Of a stretch of 64,000 nt of DNA, positions 9,504 through 19,191 are shown piece by piece. Numbering within the stretch: position 1 is the first letter of the stretch; each line of letters begins with the position of its first letter. The position numbers and the translations under genes are program-made. This DNA comes from Oscillospiraceae bacterium (GTDB lineage Bacteria; Bacillota; Clostridia; Oscillospirales; Ruminococcaceae): contig JAVVTQ010000006.1 of assembly GCA_036653595.1 (NCBI GenBank), positions 2,353-66,352 on the forward strand, written 5' to 3'. Below the pieces are notes generated by a model. That model did no database searches and was not told where the DNA came from. It worked only from the letters and a program-made list of their open reading frames with translations.

Positions 9504-10516
9504 GATTCTAATTTTTGGATAAGCTCCGCCTTGCTCTTCTCGTCGAGAAAGCTGGCCTTTGCGGAGTTGATGTTCATTTTTATAAGGTCGTCCATGGTAA
9601 AGCCGCAGCGCTCCATCGCAATTTTATACTCGCTGTCAAGCGTGACACCAGCAATGACCATGTTGTCCGTGTTGAGGGTGACTTTCATACCCATGTCATA
9701 CATCTTTTTTATCGGATGCTCCTCGTAGGAGGGCTGTGTCTCGCACTGAATGTTGCTTGTGATGCAGACCTCAAACGTCACATCCTTTTCGATGGCTTGG
9801 CGGCAAAGCTCCTTGTCGTCGAAGATGTGGTGCCCGTGTCCGATTCGCTTTGAACCGAACAGATTGATTGCAGTGCCGACCTCCGCTGCAATATGACTGT
9901 CACCGGCGTGGCAGGTGTAGTTTAGGCCGTATTCGCGCGCCTTGTCAAAAAGCTCGGCAAAATCCGAAAGAGGGCAGATACCCTCACAGCCGGCCAAATC
10001 GAAAGCGTCGATTCCCTTGCCCTTAAGCTGCTTTGCAACCTCCAGCGTCTCGAAATTTTGCTTGCGGGTGATATCGGCAGTGCCGAGGCACATGGCGCAC
10101 ACAATGATGCCGATTTTTATGTTTTTGCATTCCGAAAGCGCCCTTTCCTTGCCGGCAATGACCGCCTCGGCCGCCTCAAACTGCGTCATGCCCTTCGCTG
10201 TCGCAAGCTGTGGGGCAAACCTGATTTCGGCATACGCAAGACCCTCGCTGTCAAGCCGCTTGACAAGCTCATACATCACGCGCTCGAGAGCCTTTGCATC
10301 CTGCAAAATTTCAATCGGCAGATCGAATTTTTTGAGATATTCGTTTACACTGCCGCAGCCGGGCCCAAATGTGACAAACGGAATGAACTCCTCGAGCGTT
10401 TCCGCGGGAAGTTTGATTTTGCGCTCGCGGGCAAGCTCCATCATCGTTTTTGGGTCAATCGCACCGTCCAAATGGCAGTGCAGGTCGATTTTCGGAAAGT
10501 TAAATTCTGTTTTCAT
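9488..10516 (-). CDS. add: Adenosine deaminase
   Basis: KIDLHCHLDGAI, HAGD...., GHGHH and LNTDN metal and catalytic motifs. Confidence 0.9.
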   Translation of the reverse strand: MKTEFNFPKIDLHCHLDGAIDPKTMMELARERKIKLPAETLEEFIPFVTFGPGCGSVNEYLKKFDLPIEILQDAKALERVMYELVKRLDSEGLAYAEIRFAPQLATAKGMTQFEAAEAVIAGKERALSECKNIKIGIIVCAMCLGTADITRKQNFETLEVAKQLKGKGIDAFDLAGCEGICPLSDFAELFDKAREYGLNYTCHAGDSHIAAEVGTAINLFGSKRIGHGHHIFDDKELCRQAIEKDVTFEVCITSNIQCETQPSYEEHPIKKMYDMGMKVTLNTDNMVIAGVTLDSEYKIAMERCGFTMDDLIKMNINSAKASFLDEKSKAELIQKLESCLNH

Positions 10517-10561
10517 TTTTCATCCTCGCGATTTATGATGTTTTTAATTTTCTTTATCTTT

Positions 10562-11644
10562 TTATTTGTCCGAGTCGGGCGCTTTGTCGCCGGAGGCGTT
10601 GTCTTCTGCTTTTGCACCGACTCCGCCGGTCGGACCGGTCCAAGCAAAATCGCTCATTCTCATCCAGTGGTAGCCGCGCCCCAAAGAGATTTTTGCATTG
10701 GACGCATATTCATCAAAGAGAGCGTCGATATTGTTCATTATGATGTTGTTTTTGATAAGTTCCTTGTTCGTCTCTGTCCTCATTATTATATGATATCCGA
10801 GTGTTTTGGATTCGACAATTTCGCTGATTTCGCCCACCTTGAGAGCGAGTGCGCCGTTGTAGAACTCTTCTTCTACCTCGCCAAACGCGAAGGTGTAGCC
10901 CTCTGGGGTGTCGATCATTCCGGGATCCTCGTTGTATTTGGCACTCAGCTCGTCGAAATTTGCACCGCTTCGAAGCTTTTTGAGTATGCTCTCTGCAAGC
11001 TCTTTCTTCTCTGCGTCCTCGGCCTCTGTTTCGCCGCGCAAAATTAAGATGTGCTTTGCGCCGACAAACCCGCGTTCCTTTGCGTAATCGGCGATCTCCT
11101 GATCGGACACATTTGACATATCGCCCTCATCGTAGAACTGCTTTCCGAGCTTGCTCAAAATAAGCTCGGTTTGGGTGAGCCTGATATACAAATCCTCCGT
11201 GAGATACATATCGCCCAGCAGCTTTTGGTAGTTTTCCTCGCCGCCATTGATTTTTTTCGTCTCCTCGACATAGTCGAGAATCTCTTTTTTGTCCTCGTCC
11301 GTGAGCTTTATACCCTTGTCGTTTGCAAGAGCAAGGCGCGAATAATATCCTGCAAACATCCGGTTTAATTCATCAAAAACCTCGGCTTCTTTATCTCGGT
11401 TCTCTGCAAAATAGCCGGGGTTAGTGGCCTCGTAATATTTTTTTGCATCCATCACTCGATACAGGTATTCGTCGGCCATGACATCATAGTCGTCGATGCT
11501 CAAAACCACGCCGCCGGTTTTTGCGGGCGACAGACCGGCATATTGCGGAAACACAAAATAAAAAACAGCCGCAAGCATCACAAGCGTCAAAGCAACAACC
11601 GCCAGGATCATTGGGACTTTTGATTTTTTCTTTTTTTCTTCCAT
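10562..11644 (-). CDS. Peptidylprolyl isomerase, parvulin type (PrsA/SurA-like), N-terminal membrane anchor
   Basis: N-terminal TM segment (PMILAVVALTLVMLAAVFYF). PpiC domain: AKHILI..., ANFDELSAKYNEDPG, GYHIIMR. Confidence 0.85.
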   Translation of the reverse strand: MEEKKKKSKVPMILAVVALTLVMLAAVFYFVFPQYAGLSPAKTGGVVLSIDDYDVMADEYLYRVMDAKKYYEATNPGYFAENRDKEAEVFDELNRMFAGYYSRLALANDKGIKLTDEDKKEILDYVEETKKINGGEENYQKLLGDMYLTEDLYIRLTQTELILSKLGKQFYDEGDMSNVSDQEIADYAKERGFVGAKHILILRGETEAEDAEKKELAESILKKLRSGANFDELSAKYNEDPGMIDTPEGYTFAFGEVEEEFYNGALALKVGEISEIVESKTLGYHIIMRTETNKELIKNNIIMNNIDALFDEYASNAKISLGRGYHWMRMSDFAWTGPTGGVGAKAEDNASGDKAPDSDK

Positions 11645-11781
11645 ATTGCTCCTTTTTGATGGGGTCTTTGTTCACGACAACATAATTTATGGTGCCATAT
11701 AATTGAGATTATATCAGATTAGTAGTATAATTTAAACAGAAAATTATTCTCATTTGCAAACGGCTGAGAAAGGAGTCCCAT

Positions 11782-12696
11782 ATGGGCGAAAAGCTTCTGT
11801 ACATTATCAACCCGCGCTCAGGTAAGGCTGAAATCAAAAACCATCTTCTCTTTGCAATTGACACCTTTATAAAAGGGGGCTTCGATGTCAGCGTGCGAAC
11901 CACCCAGTCAAAGGGCGATGCGATGGACTTTGTTAAAATGCACGGCGAGGGCTTTGACCGCATTGTGGTCAGCGGAGGGGACGGTACAGTCAACGAGGTC
12001 CTCAACGGGATTATGACGCTCAAAAAAAAGCCGACTCTCGGAGTTGTGCCTGCAGGAACCACCAACGACTATGCCTACAGTCTCGGGATTCCGGGCAATA
12101 TGCAGCAGGCAGCGGAAATTGCCGCAGCCGGGATGCCCTTTCCCATCGACGTCGGGCTTTTCAACGACAGATATTTCACATATGTCGCAGGGTTCGGCGC
12201 TTTGACAGAGGTGACATACAAAACGCCGCAGGATGCCAAAAATGTGCTCGGCAGAACGGCCTATATACTCGAGGGGATAAAGAGACTTTCCAGCATAAAA
12301 TATTCCCACATACGCCTTGAATACGACGGCGGTGTCATTGAAAATGACTATATAATCGGACTTTTTACAAACTCAGTGTCAATCGCCGGGTTTCGAAATG
12401 CGTTGGGCGGATCCAAGCTCGACGACGGCCTGCTCGAGATAACGCTCATAAAAATGCCGACAAAGCTAGAGGAAATACAGACGATTATCAATGTGCTGAT
12501 GGATATCGAGCAGACGCGCGGCGTGCACACGGATTTTCTCACCTTCCTGACGACGAGCAAGGTTCGCGTTGTGAGCGGGGAGCCGATGGAGTGGACGATA
12601 GACGGAGAGGGCACAGGAGCCGTGAAAGACGTGACAATTAAAAACTGCCACAGGGTTTTGTCCGTGCTCAGAAGTCCCGACGCCGCGACGCTTTGA
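11782..12696 (+). CDS. Diacylglycerol/lipid kinase (YegS/DagK family)
   Basis: LYIINPRSGK, VVSGGDGTVNEV, LGVVPAGTTNDYA. Confidence 0.88.
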   Translation: MGEKLLYIINPRSGKAEIKNHLLFAIDTFIKGGFDVSVRTTQSKGDAMDFVKMHGEGFDRIVVSGGDGTVNEVLNGIMTLKKKPTLGVVPAGTTNDYAYSLGIPGNMQQAAEIAAAGMPFPIDVGLFNDRYFTYVAGFGALTEVTYKTPQDAKNVLGRTAYILEGIKRLSSIKYSHIRLEYDGGVIENDYIIGLFTNSVSIAGFRNALGGSKLDDGLLEITLIKMPTKLEEIQTIINVLMDIEQTRGVHTDFLTFLTTSKVRVVSGEPMEWTIDGEGTGAVKDVTIKNCHRVLSVLRSPDAATL

Positions 12697-12726
12697 AATA
12701 ATCGAAGAAAGCGGTTCGGTATAGTG

Positions 12727-12759
12727 AGAGAGGCTGTCTTTGAGGACAGCCTCTTTTTT
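12727..12759 (+). terminator. Intrinsic terminator after the lipid kinase gene
   Basis: GAGAGGCTGTC-TTTGAG-GACAGCCTCT followed by TTTTTT. Confidence 0.85.
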
Positions 12760-12852
12760 ATGGCGGCAATCATGTGCTTTTTGCAGCCGCATGAAAGCGC
12801 AAATGTCCGACAGGGCAAAGCGCGGCTCGGATAAAAAACCTGCACAAAGCTT

Positions 12853-13725
12853 TTAAAGAGGGTGCGCAAAGTCCCTTTTCAAATCGCGGCTTTTCATATT
12901 AATAAGGCAAAAGCTGTGTACGCGAACTTCCTCAAACCCCAGCTTTTTATAGAGCGTGTATGGAATGTCATTTGACTGCACCACCCACAGCTTCACGGCT
13001 TTTGCGCCGGAATCGAGCAGCTTGTTGACGGCGTGAGCCACAATTTGTTTCCCAAGCCCTCTGCCGCGATGACTTTTTGCAACAGCGACGTCGTCCAGCT
13101 CGCCGGCGGAGGCAGAGCCTGCTGCGACAAGCTCGTCGCCATCAAAATAGACAAAGAAATCGTCAGGGCGATCGGCCATTTCACGCCGGTATTCGTCGCA
13201 TGGCTCGATGTAAAACGGCTCGAGGCCGATGGATTTGCGCAAATCATAAAAAGCCTCGCTCTCAAGTGCTTGAAACTGCGCAAACATCTCGTCGCGGTAA
13301 GCCTCAAAGACGATGGAGCAGTCCATCTTTGAACCGCAGTATTCCATCAGGCACGAGTGAAAGGCGCAGTACATGCCCAGACTTTCCACAAAGGCCTCGG
13401 TGAGCGCATCGTCGGCAAAGTCGCAATAGGCATGGCTTGCGCCGAGCTTTTTCATATCCTTGAACAGCTCGCGGCAGAGATATGTGCCGACCTTGCGTCT
13501 TCGAAAGCGCGGATCGACAAAAACCACAAAGCGCGCTTTTTTTGTCGTCAGAGACGCGGCATGAAGTCCGATTGCGGCAGGCTCCAGCCCAACATATGCG
13601 ATTTGGGCATTCTGCGGAAATGCGCGCAGACCCTCCAATATGTCGTCTTTCAAAAAATCAGGGGCATCGGTGAGTATGCGGTTCACCTCAAAAATGTAGC
13701 GATTGTCATATTTCAGCAGCAACAT
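12853..13725 (-). CDS. GNAT family N-acetyltransferase (two-domain)
   Basis: 290 aa with two acetyl-CoA-binding-like segments (RRRKVGTYLCREL and HRGRGLGKQIVAHAV). Confidence 0.75.
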   Translation of the reverse strand: MLLLKYDNRYIFEVNRILTDAPDFLKDDILEGLRAFPQNAQIAYVGLEPAAIGLHAASLTTKKARFVVFVDPRFRRRKVGTYLCRELFKDMKKLGASHAYCDFADDALTEAFVESLGMYCAFHSCLMEYCGSKMDCSIVFEAYRDEMFAQFQALESEAFYDLRKSIGLEPFYIEPCDEYRREMADRPDDFFVYFDGDELVAAGSASAGELDDVAVAKSHRGRGLGKQIVAHAVNKLLDSGAKAVKLWVVQSNDIPYTLYKKLGFEEVRVHSFCLINMKSRDLKRDFAHPL

Positions 13726-14229
13726 TCAGCTTTCCTTCTTTGCATTGACGGCAGCCGCGACGATGCTCCACTCCTCGACAAGGCGCTCGAACGAAAAGGC
13801 GGCATTTGCCGAGCTTGTCGACGGAAGCCTGTGTGCTTCCAGCTTTGTGCGCGGGAGAATCAGAGTGGAATACAGTTTGTGTGCGGCGGCTCCGTTTGTA
13901 AAAATAAATTTTATGTCGGAGGATGCGATTATGCGCTCTATGTCGTTTGGCAGGACGCTGCGTATGCTTGAGTCGGAGCTTTTTGAAATATCACAGGAGG
14001 CTGCCACATCCCACAGCGCTATGTTGTGGTGCAAGAGCAGCGCTGATTTTTGCTCGTCGGTTTCAAGCAAAGGGGCGCCCAGAATTTCACACAAAACACG
14101 CCAAAACCTGTTTTGCACGTTGGCATAATAAAACACGGCTTTTCTGGAGAGGGAAGAGGGAAAAGAACCCAGAATAAGCGCTCTGGAAGAGCTGTCAAAA
14201 ATCGGGGGTATGTTGTGAAATTCAGGCAT
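13726..14229 (-). CDS. Uracil-DNA glycosylase superfamily protein (family 6, DNA-deoxyinosine glycosylase-like)
   Basis: 167 aa. PPIFDSSSRALILGSFPS and NRFWRVL are typical of the small HDG/UDG family. The stop abuts the GNAT start. Confidence 0.7.
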   Translation of the reverse strand: MPEFHNIPPIFDSSSRALILGSFPSSLSRKAVFYYANVQNRFWRVLCEILGAPLLETDEQKSALLLHHNIALWDVAASCDISKSSDSSIRSVLPNDIERIIASSDIKFIFTNGAAAHKLYSTLILPRTKLEAHRLPSTSSANAAFSFERLVEEWSIVAAAVNAKKES

Positions 14230-14251
14230 TTCTTCACCAAATGAAAAGAAG

Positions 14252-14983
14252 CTAATTTACGCGCACTGCTGCCAGCACCTTGTCGATGCTGTCGTCTATT
14301 GTGAGATCGGCGAGGTCGTCGGCGTCCGTGCGCGAGCGATTTATCACTACGAGCTTGGCGCTTTTCGGAAGATAGCGTATAAGTCCCGCGGCGGGATAAA
14401 CTAAGAGCGAGGTTCCTCCGACGACGAGGAGGTCACAGCGCTGTATCTCGGCGACTGCGCCGTCGAGCGTATTTTGATCGAGCGCTTCCTCATAGAGCAC
14501 AACATCGGGTTTTATTGTGCCGCCGCACATGCATTTTGGAATGCCGTCGCTATCAATTATGGCATCGAGCCCATAAAATTTTCCGCAGTCCATGCAGTGG
14601 TTGCGCAGGACACTGCCGTGCAGCTCAAAGACATTTTTGCTGCCCGCCGCGCTGTGCAGACCATCGATATTTTGCGTTATGACAGACGTGAGCTTGCCTG
14701 CACGCTCCAGCTCTGCGAGCTTTTTGTGGGCATCATTTGGCAAGGCGTCAGGAAAGAGCATTTTTTCCTTGTAAAACCGATAGAACTCGGCCGTGCGGCG
14801 CATGAAAAAAGAGCGGCTAAGAATTGTCTCGGGCGGATAGGCGTATTTTATGCCGTACAATCCGTCGCAGCTGCGGAAATCGGGAATTTTACTGGGAACA
14901 GAAACGCCCGCGCCGCCAAAGAACACAATGCGGTGCGAGCAGTCAATCAACTCCTGAAGAAGATTTGTCTTGTCCATGGTCAC
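14252..14983 (-). CDS. cobB: NAD-dependent protein deacylase (Sir2/CobB class)
   Basis: [26 protein letters not shown], the Zn ribbon CMDCGK...CMCGG, and [10 protein letters not shown]. Confidence 0.88.
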   Translation of the reverse strand: MTMDKTNLLQELIDCSHRIVFFGGAGVSVPSKIPDFRSCDGLYGIKYAYPPETILSRSFFMRRTAEFYRFYKEKMLFPDALPNDAHKKLAELERAGKLTSVITQNIDGLHSAAGSKNVFELHGSVLRNHCMDCGKFYGLDAIIDSDGIPKCMCGGTIKPDVVLYEEALDQNTLDGAVAEIQRCDLLVVGGTSLLVYPAAGLIRYLPKSAKLVVINRSRTDADDLADLTIDDSIDKVLAAVRVN

Positions 14984-14994
14984 CTCCGTGGCGG

Positions 14995-15882
14995 TCAGGA
15001 AATTCTTGAAAATTTAATGTCAAAGCTGTCCTTTTTGTCAGCGGTGTAGTACTCGCGCAAGGTCAGCGCCTTTTCGTCAATAAAGGTGACATAGCGCTCA
15101 AAATAATATGTAGAGTTATTCTTTTTATAGCACAACACAATGCACTGGTCGTCTGCGCGCACTTTAACGGTGCCCTCAAGCGTCTCCTTCACGGCCCATG
15201 TTCCGTCGGAGTAGCCCGTTGAGCTTTCGGCGTTCGGAATGAGGGAATCCAGCTTGAAAGAGTAGTCCGCATTAATTGTCAAAAGCTCGACGTATGACTC
15301 GGCGGGAGAGGGCGCGAGCGACGCGTCAGCGGGGGGGTCGGCGGCGGGAGCATCGGCGACATAGACATATTTCTCGCTCAGCCACGATCCGCAGACGAGC
15401 TTGAAAAGTGCGCCGTCGTCAACGACGCCACCCGCAGGTGTGAGCAGTGGTTTGACAATAAATACAAAGGCAAGCACAACGGCTGCGACAGACATGAGCA
15501 CTATTGCCGCGGCACCCAGTTTCCCCAGAGAGGGACGAATTTCATCCTGCTGCTCAAGAAGCCTGCGCTCGGCATCGGAAAGCTCCTCGGCTTGAAGCTC
15601 CAGCACGCCTTTGAAGCTGTCCTCGGAGGACGCCTCCGAGGCGCTGTTTTCGGTGTCGTCATCGGCAACGGGATACACCGGCTCGGCATCCGCTTTAGGA
15701 AGCTCAGGCTCGGGAAGCGCGTTTTTTTTCACGGCGGCACTTTCCTTTTGCAGGGGCATTTCTATGGGTTGGTCGGTTTTTAAAACAACACTGCTTGTTT
15801 CACCCATGACAAACGCACCGCACTGTGGGCAGATGACGTCGTCATCGCGCAAAATGCTGTTGCAGCTTTTACAAAATTTCAT
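14995..15882 (-). CDS. Zn-ribbon membrane protein of unknown function
   Basis: The start is probably the internal ATG at 15882, giving MKFCKSCNSIL...CPQCG. An acidic linker and one TM segment (AAIVLMSVAAVVLAFVFIV) follow, then an extracytoplasmic domain of about 150 aa. Confidence 0.6.
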   Translation of the reverse strand: MKFCKSCNSILRDDDVICPQCGAFVMGETSSVVLKTDQPIEMPLQKESAAVKKNALPEPELPKADAEPVYPVADDDTENSASEASSEDSFKGVLELQAEELSDAERRLLEQQDEIRPSLGKLGAAAIVLMSVAAVVLAFVFIVKPLLTPAGGVVDDGALFKLVCGSWLSEKYVYVADAPAADPPADASLAPSPAESYVELLTINADYSFKLDSLIPNAESSTGYSDGTWAVKETLEGTVKVRADDQCIVLCYKKNNSTYYFERYVTFIDEKALTLREYYTADKKDSFDIKFSRIS

Positions 15883-16015
15883 ATAGAGGCCCTCTTTGCA
15901 GATAATCATCTTATGTATATCATATATTACTACATGTGATTTGTAAAGAAACAGAGAGTTTCACAATACGATAAACAAATGTCTAAATTCCGAATATAAA
16001 GTTAAGTTATTTTGC

Positions 16016-16044
16016 TTGCGGGAAAATTTGTACTATTGTATAAT
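16016..16044 (+). promoter_or_regulatory. Sigma-70-type promoter upstream of pspA
   Basis: TTGCGG, a 17-nt spacer, then TATAAT. It lies about 45 nt upstream of the pspA ATG. Confidence 0.55.
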
Positions 16045-16088
16045 AAAATTATTCAAAGCACAACAATAAATTTTGGAGGTTTTGTCAA

Positions 16089-16784
16089 ATGGGAATTCTT
16101 TCTAGATTCACAGACATAATGAGCGCAAACATCAACTCGCTTTTAGAGAAAGCGGAGAGCAAAAACGCTGATAAAATATTGGAAAAATATCTGCGTGACG
16201 CAAAGGATAATCTCGAAGAGGTCAAGGCCGAGACAGCGGCGATAATAGCGGACGAGATGGCCGCGGCGCGCAAGGTCGGCTCACTCGAAGAGGAGATAGT
16301 AAAGCTCTCCCAGTATGCAGAGCAGGCTGTGATTGCAGGCAATGATGCCGATGCCACAGAGTTTCTGGAGGGCAAGAATAAGGCCGTTGCACAGAAGACG
16401 GACGCGGAAAAAATCTATGTTCAGGCAAAGCTCAATTCCGACCGCATGCGTGAGATGACAAGAAAGCTCATGGGAGATATCACCGATGCACAGTCCAAGC
16501 TGGGCGAGCTTAAGAGCAAGCTGGCAGTTGCGCAGCAGACCGAAAAAATGAACGACCTCAACGAAAAAATGACCTCCTACGGGGGCATGTCAGACTATGG
16601 CAATCTCGTCGATGCAGTCCAGAAGAGAATCGACGCGGCAGATGCAAAATCCCAGCTCAACCACGAGCTTGACGCAGGCAGCGGCATCGACAAGCTCAAG
16701 GAGAAATATTCGGTTTCGGACAACGCTGCGTCCACCGACATTACATCGGAGCTGGCGGCTCTCAAGGCAAAGCTAGGCAAATAA
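16089..16784 (+). CDS. pspA: PspA/IM30 family protein
   Basis: MGILSRFTDIMSANINSLLEKAE.P.K.L..YLRD is the canonical PspA N-terminus. The rest is a long coiled coil. Confidence 0.9.
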   Translation: MGILSRFTDIMSANINSLLEKAESKNADKILEKYLRDAKDNLEEVKAETAAIIADEMAAARKVGSLEEEIVKLSQYAEQAVIAGNDADATEFLEGKNKAVAQKTDAEKIYVQAKLNSDRMREMTRKLMGDITDAQSKLGELKSKLAVAQQTEKMNDLNEKMTSYGGMSDYGNLVDAVQKRIDAADAKSQLNHELDAGSGIDKLKEKYSVSDNAASTDITSELAALKAKLGK

Positions 16785-16811
16785 CACGACTTCTACATAT
16801 TGGAGAAATCA

Positions 16812-18056
16812 ATGACTGCTTCAAAAGGTTCACAAAGTGGAGATTTTACCGAGTTTCGGTGTCCTAGTTGTGGCGGTGAGGTGAGATTTGACGCTGCCGC
16901 ACAAAAGTTTATGTGCGTTTCCTGCAAAAGCGTGCAGGAAATAAAGCCGCCCAAGGACACGGTCGAGGAATATGATTTTGGCAGCTACGATGCCCGTGAA
17001 CAGGGCGGCGCGGCTCTGGTTGGCGTGTCAAACGCGACATGTGACAATTGCGGGGGAGAGATATACTTCTCCGCAGAGGACACTGCAAAGCACTGCCCGA
17101 TGTGCGGTTCGTCCAAAATCAGACCGGCCGCCGCCGTGGCGGGGATAGCGCCCGAGGGGATAGTTCCGTTTAAATTCGATAAATTTGATGCGCAGGACAG
17201 ATTCAGAAAATGGATAGTAAAGCGCTGGTTTGCGCCAAATGAACTTAAAAAGGCCTACTCAGAGGGCGCTCTGGAGGGCTTATATGTTCCCTTTTGGACA
17301 TATGACGCTTCGGCGCGCGGTGATTATATAGGACAGGGCGGACGCGTGCGAACGGTCAGAGATCGCGAGGGCAATGTGCGTCAGGTCGTGGACTGGTATC
17401 CTGTTTCGGGCACGGTTTTTGACGACTTCGACGATATTCTTGTCTGTGCGTCGAAGAGCAGATCCGGTTCGCTCGTGGAGAAAGTATCACCCTATAACAC
17501 CGTGAGCGATATCAACCCCTTCGCTGTGCAGTATCTCGCAGGCTATGTGGGCGAGAGATACACAATAGACGGGAAAACCTGCTTCGATGAGGCGCGTATC
17601 GGCATGGAGCAGCAGCTGCGCTCGCTTGCCGAATCCGATATCCTCATGCACGGCTTCCAGCAGGCAAATGTCAGCTCGCTGCATTCCAGCTACAAAAATG
17701 TGACATATAAAAATGTGCTGCTGCCGATGTACAGCGCCCAGTATGGATATCACGGCGAGGAGTACTACTACCTTATAAACGGCGAAACCGGAAAGGTAGC
17801 AGGCGCATATCCAAAGAGTGTGCCGAAAATCATCGGCGCTGTCATTTTGGGTATCATAGCACTTGTCGGCCTGTTCTTTCTCATGGAAAAGGTGCAGAGT
17901 GCCGACGAGGGCAGTGTTTACTACAGCCTGATGCCACAGCAGAGTATAAACCAAACGTTGTTGACCGACGGCGTAATACAGGAAGAATATGAAATTGGGC
18001 AATGCGGCGCGAACAGCGCAGAAGAACAGGAGTTAAAGCAATATGGGCTTGTTTAA
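16812..18056 (+). CDS. Double Zn-ribbon membrane protein (YdjG-like PspA partner)
   Basis: ATG at 16812, after GGAG. Two ribbons are present: CPSCGG..CVSCKS and CDNCGG..CPMCGS. A conserved domain of about 230 aa ends YYYLINGETGKVAG, followed by a C-terminal TM segment. Confidence 0.65.
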   Translation: MTASKGSQSGDFTEFRCPSCGGEVRFDAAAQKFMCVSCKSVQEIKPPKDTVEEYDFGSYDAREQGGAALVGVSNATCDNCGGEIYFSAEDTAKHCPMCGSSKIRPAAAVAGIAPEGIVPFKFDKFDAQDRFRKWIVKRWFAPNELKKAYSEGALEGLYVPFWTYDASARGDYIGQGGRVRTVRDREGNVRQVVDWYPVSGTVFDDFDDILVCASKSRSGSLVEKVSPYNTVSDINPFAVQYLAGYVGERYTIDGKTCFDEARIGMEQQLRSLAESDILMHGFQQANVSSLHSSYKNVTYKNVLLPMYSAQYGYHGEEYYYLINGETGKVAGAYPKSVPKIIGAVILGIIALVGLFFLMEKVQSADEGSVYYSLMPQQSINQTLLTDGVIQEEYEIGQCGANSAEEQELKQYGLV

Positions 18057-18987
18057 TCAGCGCAAGGACACAATCGAGTGGGTGGAGTACCGCCCGGATG
18101 TACTGTTTTACAAATGGAAGAACGACGAGATAAAGCGCGGTTCACGTCTGATAGTGAGGCCTGGCCAGCAGGCGATATTTTACTACAACGGTGCGATTGA
18201 GGGCATATTCAAAGACGAGGGAAATTTCGACATAGAAACCGAAATCGTCCCGTTTCTCACGTCGCTGTCAAATTTCTTTTCACTGAAAAAAGACAGCGGA
18301 CTGCGCACGGACATATATTTTGTCAACTCAAAAGAGCTTCTCATGAACTGGGGCACGCGGCAGCGAATAATGATTCCGACCACAGAGGTGCCCTCGGGCA
18401 TACCTGTCGGAATGAACGGAAATATGACAATAGAATTTCGCGACTATCTCAAATTTATTGAAAAGGTCGCCGGAATAAAGAGCTCCTTTACGCTGGCAGA
18501 CGTGTCGGAACGAATTCTCGGTGAATTGGACGGGATAATTGCAGAGAGCATCCTCTCGGGAAATTCCAGCGTGGGACTAAACGCACTTATCTCGCTTCAG
18601 GCAAACAACCGCACACTCTCAAAGAGCCTGAAAGAGCAGCTTGACAAGGAGCTGTTTAGCATTGGACTTTGTGTGCAGGACGTAAACATTATCAGCATAA
18701 ACTATCCTGAGGATGTCCAGAAGATGGCGGAGAAGATAGCCGCACAGTCGTTTGTAACGGACACCGGAAAATATGCCACAATCGCGATGGCGGACGGCAT
18801 GGCAACAGGTGGCGGCGGAGTCGCTTCTATGGGCGCGCAGATGGCTATGGGCGCACAGATGGCTTCTCAGATGACACAGCAGATGGGCGGCGCGCCAAAA
18901 GCCGAAGCAGGTGAAAACTTCTGCCCCAAATGCCGAAAAATGGTGAACGGAAAATTCTGCCCCGAGTGCGGCACGCAGACGGTTTAA
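18043..18987 (+). CDS. SPFH/Band-7 domain protein with C-terminal Zn ribbon (YdjI-like)
   Basis: N-terminus GLFNQRKDTIEWVEY...VRPGQQAIF. A Gly/Met-rich linker leads to a terminal CPKCRK...CPECG ribbon. Overlaps the upstream gene by 14 nt. Confidence 0.8.
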   Translation: MGLFNQRKDTIEWVEYRPDVLFYKWKNDEIKRGSRLIVRPGQQAIFYYNGAIEGIFKDEGNFDIETEIVPFLTSLSNFFSLKKDSGLRTDIYFVNSKELLMNWGTRQRIMIPTTEVPSGIPVGMNGNMTIEFRDYLKFIEKVAGIKSSFTLADVSERILGELDGIIAESILSGNSSVGLNALISLQANNRTLSKSLKEQLDKELFSIGLCVQDVNIISINYPEDVQKMAEKIAAQSFVTDTGKYATIAMADGMATGGGGVASMGAQMAMGAQMASQMTQQMGGAPKAEAGENFCPKCRKMVNGKFCPECGTQTV

Positions 18988-19004
18988 CACTGCGGGCGTC
19001 AATA

Positions 19005-19052
19005 AATCAAAACGGCCGGAAATCTGCATAAAAGCAGAGCTCCGACCGTTTT
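19005..19052. terminator. Bidirectional intrinsic terminator (SPFH gene / PatB-like gene)
   Basis: Extended hairpin AACGGCCGGA..CTGC..GCAG..TCCGACCGTT followed by TTTTTATTTT. An A-run sits on the 5-prime side. Confidence 0.7.
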
Positions 19053-19191
19053 TTATTTTGAGCTAAAAAAAGCTACAGCGCAGGCTGCATTTCATAAAAA
19101 AGCACTCCGACCGGCACAATGCCTGCAAATAGAATCCTGCGTTTTGCAAAGCTGCCGCAAGCTCGCATATCGTGAGTTTGCCGGATTTAGT

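Noticed and set aside
14252-14983. Sir2-domain protein as a possible anti-phage (Thoeris/DSR-type) effector
   Set aside because: At 243 aa it is a canonical CobB-type deacylase with the GAGVS, IPDFRS and QNIDGLH motifs and a Zn ribbon. It has no fused sensor or effector domain, and no defence genes lie nearby.
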